64,000 bases of DNA, taken from contig JBBIGV010000011.1 in the NCBI GenBank assembly GCA_037447335.1, forward strand, positions 8,191 through 72,190, given 5' to 3'. Under the pieces are notes generated by a model. That model had not been told where the DNA came from and did not search any database. It worked only from the letters and a program-made list of their open reading frames with translations. The stretch is from Ignavibacteria bacterium. GTDB lineage: Bacteria; Bacteroidota; Ignavibacteria; Ignavibacteriales; Ignavibacteriaceae. Made by a program: the position numbers and the translations under genes. Positions 58,430 through 64,000 of the stretch are shown in pieces; position 1 is the stretch's first letter; every line of letters begins with the position of its first letter.

Positions 58430-59227
58430 ATGTCCAAAAAAAACAGAACTGCAATAAACAGCCTGATACTTTTAGCAGTGGCGCTTGCTTTTGTAACTTT
58501 TGCATTCAGGGACGGAGTTACCGGAAAAACTTTTAAAAATGGTAACGGTTGTGATTGTCACGGAGCTGCACCATTTGCAAATGTAACCGTTTCTATCACA
58601 GGTCCCGATGAACTTACCATAGCTGAAACAGCAACATACACTTTAGTTATTTCAGGTGGACCGCTGCTTGCGGGCGGCACTAACATTGCTGCCTCTGCAG
58701 GTATACTCAATACAGTATCCGGCGCCGGATTACAAAAAATAGGCGATGAATTAACACACGTTCAACCAAAGATGCCTCTTGCTAACGAAGTTTCTTTTGA
58801 ATTCTCTTTTACTGCACCATCTGATACCGGCTCTGTTACGCTTTATGCGAATGGAAACAGTGTTAACCTTGATAATTCAAACAGTGGTGACCAATGGAAT
58901 TTTGCACCAAATAAAACTATTAATGTAGTTTCCACAACTAATGTTGAAGAGCAGTATCTGCTCACTTCATTTAAGCTAAATCAGAATTACCCTAATCCGT
59001 TTAATCCTTCTACTATAATAAGCTTTACGCTTGCTGCTTCTGAAAAAGTAAGCCTGAGTGTTTATAATATTCTTGGCGACGAAGTTGCAAAACTGGTATA
59101 TGATGTACTTGGTGAAGGATATCATTCCTTCGACTTCAATGGCAGTGATTTGGCTTCCGGTGTGTATTTCTACAAACTGTCTGCAGGGAATTTTGTTGAT
59201 ACAAAAAAGATGGTCTTGCTGCAGTAA
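58430..59227 (+). CDS. secreted protein with a T9SS C-terminal sorting domain
   Basis: N-terminal TM/signal sequence, and the C-terminus LNQNYPNPFNPSTIISF..GVYFYKLSAGNFVDTKKMVLLQ. Confidence 0.75.
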   Translation: MSKKNRTAINSLILLAVALAFVTFAFRDGVTGKTFKNGNGCDCHGAAPFANVTVSITGPDELTIAETATYTLVISGGPLLAGGTNIAASAGILNTVSGAGLQKIGDELTHVQPKMPLANEVSFEFSFTAPSDTGSVTLYANGNSVNLDNSNSGDQWNFAPNKTINVVSTTNVEEQYLLTSFKLNQNYPNPFNPSTIISFTLAASEKVSLSVYNILGDEVAKLVYDVLGEGYHSFDFNGSDLASGVYFYKLSAGNFVDTKKMVLLQ

Positions 59228-59314
59228 ATAATACCTCTCTATTATACCGGCTGCTCTAATTTATTTATCCTGAATATTTGAATTGAGAGCAGCTATTTTC
59301 TTAATTTTCCTCCG

Positions 59315-59587
59315 ATGAAATTAAATAAAAAATCTCTGTTCGGTTCAATAATAATCATAATAATTTTTAGCTGCACGGGACTTACTTCCGTTTATTTGTC
59401 TGCAATTATTATGAATGCCCTTGGGTTTGATAAATGGAGCCTGCCGTATATCCTTGGATATATTTTTATCATACTGCCCGTGTATCACCTTTTACTGCTG
59501 GGCTATGCATTTTTATTTGGCAAATTCAGTTTCTTCTATGATAAAATAATACGCGTTATAAATAAGATCCGAAGCATCTTTACTTAA
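59315..59587 (+). CDS. small membrane protein
   Basis: 90 aa with two predicted TM helices. Confidence 0.4.
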   Translation: MKLNKKSLFGSIIIIIIFSCTGLTSVYLSAIIMNALGFDKWSLPYILGYIFIILPVYHLLLLGYAFLFGKFSFFYDKIIRVINKIRSIFT

Positions 59588-60051
59588 TCGACCGCAGCGC
59601 TTCTCTGATAAACGATATAATCTGTAAGTACCGGATTAAACCCAAGTTCTCTCATCCTTAAAGCAATCTGCCCGCGATGGTATGAAGAATGATTTATTAC
59701 ATGAGTAAACACATCAGTATAAGAACTTTTAAAACTATCACCTATCGAATTTTTATAAGCGAATTCTTTATTCCAGAAATACTCATCCGCCGATGAAAGC
59801 AATTTTAGCCATTGGTTGGTGTTATTCAGAAATTCCCCGGACAATTTTTCCAGAGGAAATTGATGCCATGGCCTGATAAGATTATCTCCCCTTCCCGATA
59901 TTCTATCGTACCAAAGTATCTGCGCAGAAATTATATGATTAAGAATACTTAGCATTTTCTCGTCTGAAATCTTCCCGGATATTACAGAGTTTAACACTGA
60001 TTCGTTTGCCCATTGATTATAGTTAAGAAGCGATTTAAAAAAAGTTTTCAT
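59584..60051 (-). CDS. DinB-family four-helix-bundle protein
   Basis: 155 aa with a His triad pattern (HIISAQ.., HVINHSSYHRGQI). Confidence 0.7.
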   Translation of the reverse strand: MKTFFKSLLNYNQWANESVLNSVISGKISDEKMLSILNHIISAQILWYDRISGRGDNLIRPWHQFPLEKLSGEFLNNTNQWLKLLSSADEYFWNKEFAYKNSIGDSFKSSYTDVFTHVINHSSYHRGQIALRMRELGFNPVLTDYIVYQRSAAVD

Positions 60052-60081
60052 ACGAATCTCCTTGTCATTTAGAATTAGATT

Positions 60082-60867
60082 TTATTTGCTCATAAGTGCT
60101 ATAATCCTTGTTGGGGCGCCGCTGCCGGCTTTTATCTTCATTGGAAGAGCGATTACAGAAAAATCTTTCGCTGGTAATTGATCGAGGTTTGCAACGTTTT
60201 CAAATATCGGGATATTATTATTTCCAAGAATAACATGTGTTTCAAACAATTGCGATTTTCCATAATCAATACTCGGTGTGTCAATTCCGATTGCTTTTAT
60301 TTTCCTTTCATTAACCAGCCACTCGGCGCCGTGCGGGTGTAAACCGGGAAAGCTTAATTTATTTACTGCCTCAATGCCTCTCTCGTCCGTTCCCATATAC
60401 AGTTTTCTGTCAGTCCAGAATTCTCCGAAACCGGTTTTAATCAGCACTATTGAGCCGGCTGGAATTTCACCGTGTGATTCTTCCCAATCAAGAAAATCTT
60501 CAACAACTACTCTGTAGTCACGATGTTCAGCGCATTGCATTGTTACATCAACAATAATTGCCTTACCAATCAGATTCTCAAGGGGAATTTCGTCAACACT
60601 TTGTCTGCCCTCATAAAAATGGATTGGTGCATCAGTATGTGTGCCTCCGTGTTCAGCCGTACAGAATTTATTAGCCGCATAGAAAAAACCCTTCTCAGTA
60701 TGCCCGAATGACTGAACCGTTAGTTTAAATCCTTCTTCCGTGGGCCAGAAAATCGTATTCTCATCAAAATCATATGTAAGATCAATAAACTTATATCCTT
60801 CAAATTGTGAAAAGCCAACAGGCTGTATAAGCCCGGCGATTAAAATTGCCAGATATATCTTTTTCAT
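60082..60867 (-). CDS. cyclase-family protein (kynurenine formamidase-like)
   Basis: HGGTHTDAPIHF metal motif. The start is taken at MKKIYLAILIAG (signal peptide). Confidence 0.75.
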   Translation of the reverse strand: MKKIYLAILIAGLIQPVGFSQFEGYKFIDLTYDFDENTIFWPTEEGFKLTVQSFGHTEKGFFYAANKFCTAEHGGTHTDAPIHFYEGRQSVDEIPLENLIGKAIIVDVTMQCAEHRDYRVVVEDFLDWEESHGEIPAGSIVLIKTGFGEFWTDRKLYMGTDERGIEAVNKLSFPGLHPHGAEWLVNERKIKAIGIDTPSIDYGKSQLFETHVILGNNNIPIFENVANLDQLPAKDFSVIALPMKIKAGSGAPTRIIALMSK

Positions 60868-61057
60868 TTCCTTCTCCTGAATTTTTGATGAATAAAATAT
60901 AATTTCCACCTTCAAATAGCTATAGTTTCTTTTTCAACACCGTAATATCACTTGATTCGGTTTTCATATTTGTTTATGTTCGAATGCACTAACGTTCACC
61001 TTTTAGAACTCATCGCATTGCAGCGAAATTTCACACCGATATCTGACGAGGTAGAAA

Positions 61058-61783
61058 ATGAAAATAATGTTCCCGTTACTAATACTGTGCCTTATAACTT
61101 ATAACATTCAGGCTCAGGAAATTGAGGCAAAGCTTGGGGGCGCCACTATAAATCAGGGTTTCAGCGTTAAGGACAACCTGAACAACTCTCTTTTGCGTGT
61201 AAGGGGTGACGGCAACGTTGGCATTGGTCTTACCTCACCAATAGCAAAGATGCACATTCTTTCAGCAAGCACAGGGCTGTTGGTGCAAACCAATCATACT
61301 ACCGATTACGCATATGGAATTTTATCCCGCGTTAATCGCGATCTTGCAAAAGGATTCGGCATTCAGAACAGTGGCATCGAAAATGTCTCGATGTACGGCA
61401 ATGGAAATGTTTTTATGAAAGGCAATGTTGGAATAGGAACTGCTATCCCAACCGATTCAAGGCTTGCTGTTGATGGAATAATAAAATCCAAAGAAGTGCT
61501 GGTTACACTAAATAACTGGCCCGATTTTGTTTTTTATGATAACTATAGCCTGCTTCCACTTGCGGAGCTTGAAGGCTTTGTTAAAGATAAAAAACATCTG
61601 CCCGGAATCCCATCCGAACAGGAAGTGATTGATAACGGTTTGATGCTTGGTGACATGCAATCAAAACTTCTGTTGAAAATTGAAGAGCTTACTTTATATC
61701 TCATAGAACAAAACAAAAAAATCATCAGGCTTGAAAAAGAATTATCCGAGCTGAAATCGTCTCTCAATACCGAACCACAATAA
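61058..61783 (+). CDS. secreted protein with a C-terminal WPDFVF..LPGIPS motif and a coiled coil
   Basis: Signal peptide. The conserved FCB-type C-terminal module ends in a leucine-rich coiled coil. Confidence 0.5.
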   Translation: MKIMFPLLILCLITYNIQAQEIEAKLGGATINQGFSVKDNLNNSLLRVRGDGNVGIGLTSPIAKMHILSASTGLLVQTNHTTDYAYGILSRVNRDLAKGFGIQNSGIENVSMYGNGNVFMKGNVGIGTAIPTDSRLAVDGIIKSKEVLVTLNNWPDFVFYDNYSLLPLAELEGFVKDKKHLPGIPSEQEVIDNGLMLGDMQSKLLLKIEELTLYLIEQNKKIIRLEKELSELKSSLNTEPQ

Positions 61784-61811
61784 GCAATACTCATTTACAG
61801 CCGGAATAGAA

Positions 61812-62933
61812 ATGAAATCAACGACAATTTTTATCCATGTAACAATATTTGTTTTGTATTCACATCACAGCTTTTCTCAGGAAGCAACATACGAGTTTAA
61901 CTGGCTGAAATACTATGAGGCAGCAGAAGGTAAAGCGGTTGGGATATGGCCTCACTGGAATCGATGGCTTGAAATTGAACGGGTGAAAGACCTTCATTAT
62001 TATAAAGGATTTAATTACATCTTTGCTTATCCTGATACGAACCCGCCGGTTTATAACAACATTTTAGCCGCCGGCTATGAACCATCTAAAATAATGGTAA
62101 AGATTGATTATGAGGGGAAATATACTTATCCCGCTACTGCCAACTTTCCTCAGTCATGGGCTTACTACGTTGATGAACCGGCTGATCATAACTTTCCCTA
62201 TATCTGGTTAAGCGAAGTAAAGAATTTTGTTAACACGAACTTTCCCGGTTCACGATTTGCAATCAGCGGGTATAAACGTAACAGCCAGCTTGTTAATTAT
62301 GGCGGACTTGCCGATGATGTGATGTTCAGCAGTTATAAGCATTGGTGGACTATACTTGGCATATGGGTTTCCTGTTGCCCCGAAGACCCCGACCAGAGAT
62401 CTGACTGGTCTGACATGAAAAATATTTTCGGCAATAAATTTTCGATGACATGGATAGGTGCGCACAAAGATTTGAATGAATATCCGCAGCTTTTGGCTCA
62501 TGCTAAAAATATTGGGCTTCAAAGAATCTGGCTGTATCAGCATGATGAAGTCTGGGATGATGATAATAATATAGAACAGTTTCTGCACCATGCGGCCTTA
62601 AATGGTTACATGAAAGTTTTTTACAGACAGGTTCGGGATAAAATTCAAAACGGTCAGCGAATTGGCAGACAATTTTTAGGAACGGTTTATCCTGACGCTA
62701 TACCATCAATTTATGACCATACTACTTTAACATTTAATCAGAATATCGAAATAAATAATAACCGTGTTGATGATTACTATGCCTTGAATTCAATTACTGC
62801 AGGAGGCGCCTACACTTTCACTGTGCCGCCGCAAGTGCAAGCCAGCTTTAACTCTCACGGTTCAATAAGATTAAGACCCGGTTTTCATGCTAAATCGGGA
62901 AGTGAATTTAATGCTTACATCGGAGATCGTTAG
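61812..62933 (+). CDS. secreted protein of unknown function
   Basis: Signal peptide. The C-terminal IRLRPGFHAKSGSEFNAYI resembles the coathanger-stack type tail seen in FCB surface proteins. It ends with TAG. Confidence 0.5.
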   Translation: MKSTTIFIHVTIFVLYSHHSFSQEATYEFNWLKYYEAAEGKAVGIWPHWNRWLEIERVKDLHYYKGFNYIFAYPDTNPPVYNNILAAGYEPSKIMVKIDYEGKYTYPATANFPQSWAYYVDEPADHNFPYIWLSEVKNFVNTNFPGSRFAISGYKRNSQLVNYGGLADDVMFSSYKHWWTILGIWVSCCPEDPDQRSDWSDMKNIFGNKFSMTWIGAHKDLNEYPQLLAHAKNIGLQRIWLYQHDEVWDDDNNIEQFLHHAALNGYMKVFYRQVRDKIQNGQRIGRQFLGTVYPDAIPSIYDHTTLTFNQNIEINNNRVDDYYALNSITAGGAYTFTVPPQVQASFNSHGSIRLRPGFHAKSGSEFNAYIGDR

Positions 62934-62939
62934 AGAATA

Positions 62940-63734
62940 GTGTTACAAGCTGCTATTAAAATAATTTTATTATCACTGCTTTTGATTCACACAGCGGCTG
63001 CCGGCGGTTCTGAAATCAGAATTTCAAATCTTGGACTGATATTCGTTCCGCAGGGTTCACAGCTTTGTGCGGATACAATTTTTGTAGAAGAAGGCGGCAC
63101 TTACATTACTGAAATTCCCGAAGGAACCTGTCCAACCGCTCATATAACAGGCGGCGGAACTATTGTGCTGCCTGTTGAATTAGCATCCTTTACGGCAAGT
63201 ATAAAAGACGGATTTGTGTTTCTGAATTGGATTATTGAAACAGAAGTGGACAATTATGGCTTTGAAATTCAACGTTCCAACGACAGCACATCAAACAAAT
63301 GGCAAAAGATTGCATTCGTTCCCGGCTCCGGCAACAGCAATTCGCCTAAAGAATATCATTATACCGATAAAAACCTGACCGGAGGTTCAGAATTCTTTTA
63401 CAGGCTGAAGCAAATTGATTCGGACGGACAATTCACTTTTTCAGAAATTATCAGCATTGTAAATCTTCCGCTGCAGTTCGAACTTCATCAGAATTATCCC
63501 AATCCGTTTAATTCCAGTACGGTTATCACTTTCGCGATCCCCGAAAAGACAAAAGTTGTTCTTAACATATACAGCTTACTTGGAGAAAAAATATCAGAAG
63601 AGTTTAACAAGGAACTCGATCCCGGTTTTTATGAGGTGAACCTGACTCTTAATAACCTTAGCAGCGGTGTTTACATTTACAGTATTGAAACAAAGAATAA
63701 TATCGCGGCAAAGAAAATGATATTATTACGATAA
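62940..63734 (+). CDS. secreted protein with a T9SS C-terminal sorting domain
   Basis: GTG start and a signal peptide. The C-terminus reads LHQNYPNPFNSSTVITF..GVYIYSIETKNNIAAKKMILLR. Confidence 0.75.
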   Translation: MLQAAIKIILLSLLLIHTAAAGGSEIRISNLGLIFVPQGSQLCADTIFVEEGGTYITEIPEGTCPTAHITGGGTIVLPVELASFTASIKDGFVFLNWIIETEVDNYGFEIQRSNDSTSNKWQKIAFVPGSGNSNSPKEYHYTDKNLTGGSEFFYRLKQIDSDGQFTFSEIISIVNLPLQFELHQNYPNPFNSSTVITFAIPEKTKVVLNIYSLLGEKISEEFNKELDPGFYEVNLTLNNLSSGVYIYSIETKNNIAAKKMILLR

Positions 63735-63927
63735 TTTATACATGGTGGTTAAAACATTTCGTTTGCTTAGTCCTGCTTTATTCCCTTCTTCATCATTTTA
63801 ATTCTTGAAGCGGATAATTATTTTAAAATAAGTGGATAAAGACAATTATTTTTTTAACTTATATCATCAAAAGACCGGGTGTAACTATAACACTCCCCGA
63901 TTCAGTTTAACTTAACAGGAGGAATTA

Positions 63928-64000
63928 ATGAACAGAAATGATGTGAAAACTTTGATGTCGTTCAGAGAATATCCGTGTGTTTCTATAATTTTGCCGACGC
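63928..64000 (+). CDS. 5' end of an unidentified CDS (continues beyond the window)
   Basis: ATG preceded by AGGAGG. The frame is open to the window edge (MNRNDVKTLMSFREYPCVSIILPT). Confidence 0.4.
   Translation, partial: MNRNDVKTLMSFREYPCVSIILPT

Noticed and set aside
58535-58565. A possible c-type heme-binding site in the T9SS protein (NGNGCDCHG).
   Set aside because: The motif is C-x-C-H, not the CXXCH needed for covalent heme attachment.
1-64000. CRISPR arrays, rRNA genes, IS elements, transposases and integrases.
   Set aside because: No regularly spaced direct repeats were seen, and no ORF has transposase or recombinase motifs. The only repeat family seen is the two-copy palindromic element.

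Overview
Low-GC bacterial chromosome segment. It probably comes from the FCB superphylum and looks Ignavibacteria-like. This is an inference from many T9SS C-terminal sorting domains (QNYPNPFNP...GVYFYRL), cruC/cruD/cruF-type carotenoid genes and TAnnTTTG-like promoter boxes.

Layout:
- 1-8.4 kb: a nine-gene minus-strand carotenoid operon (crtI-crtB-orf-crtYcd-crtD-cruD-cruC-cruF-crtW). Four of its genes carry in-frame stops or frameshifts.
- 8.7-11.9 kb: an AT-rich restriction-modification islet (Dam-like MTase, ParB-like protein, PD-(D/E)xK nuclease, second MTase). Every enzyme gene in it is broken.
- 11.9-34.4 kb: intact housekeeping genes (carAB, PIN-PhoH ATPase, hemA-C-D-E, CcsA-like, SPFH, ferritin-like, thymidine phosphorylase, aspS) plus T9SS cargo.
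- 34.4-48.2 kb: a type IV filament-like locus. It has divergent minor pilin-like genes, two tandem major-pilin candidates, PilC/PilB/PilT homologues, PilM-N and PilO-P fusions and a short secretin.
- 48.2-56.2 kb: a five-gene two-component module including a sigma54 activator.
- 56.3-64 kb: tRNA-Lys(UUU), then T9SS-cargo and miscellaneous genes.

Main leads:
- The pilin candidates start MG(Q/K)..LLIV, with no leader peptide and no Glu5, and no prepilin peptidase gene is in the window.
- A roughly 120-140 bp palindromic element occurs twice.
- Twelve lesions sit in eight accessory genes, while the long essential ORFs are intact.

No CRISPR array, rRNA, transposase or integrase was seen.
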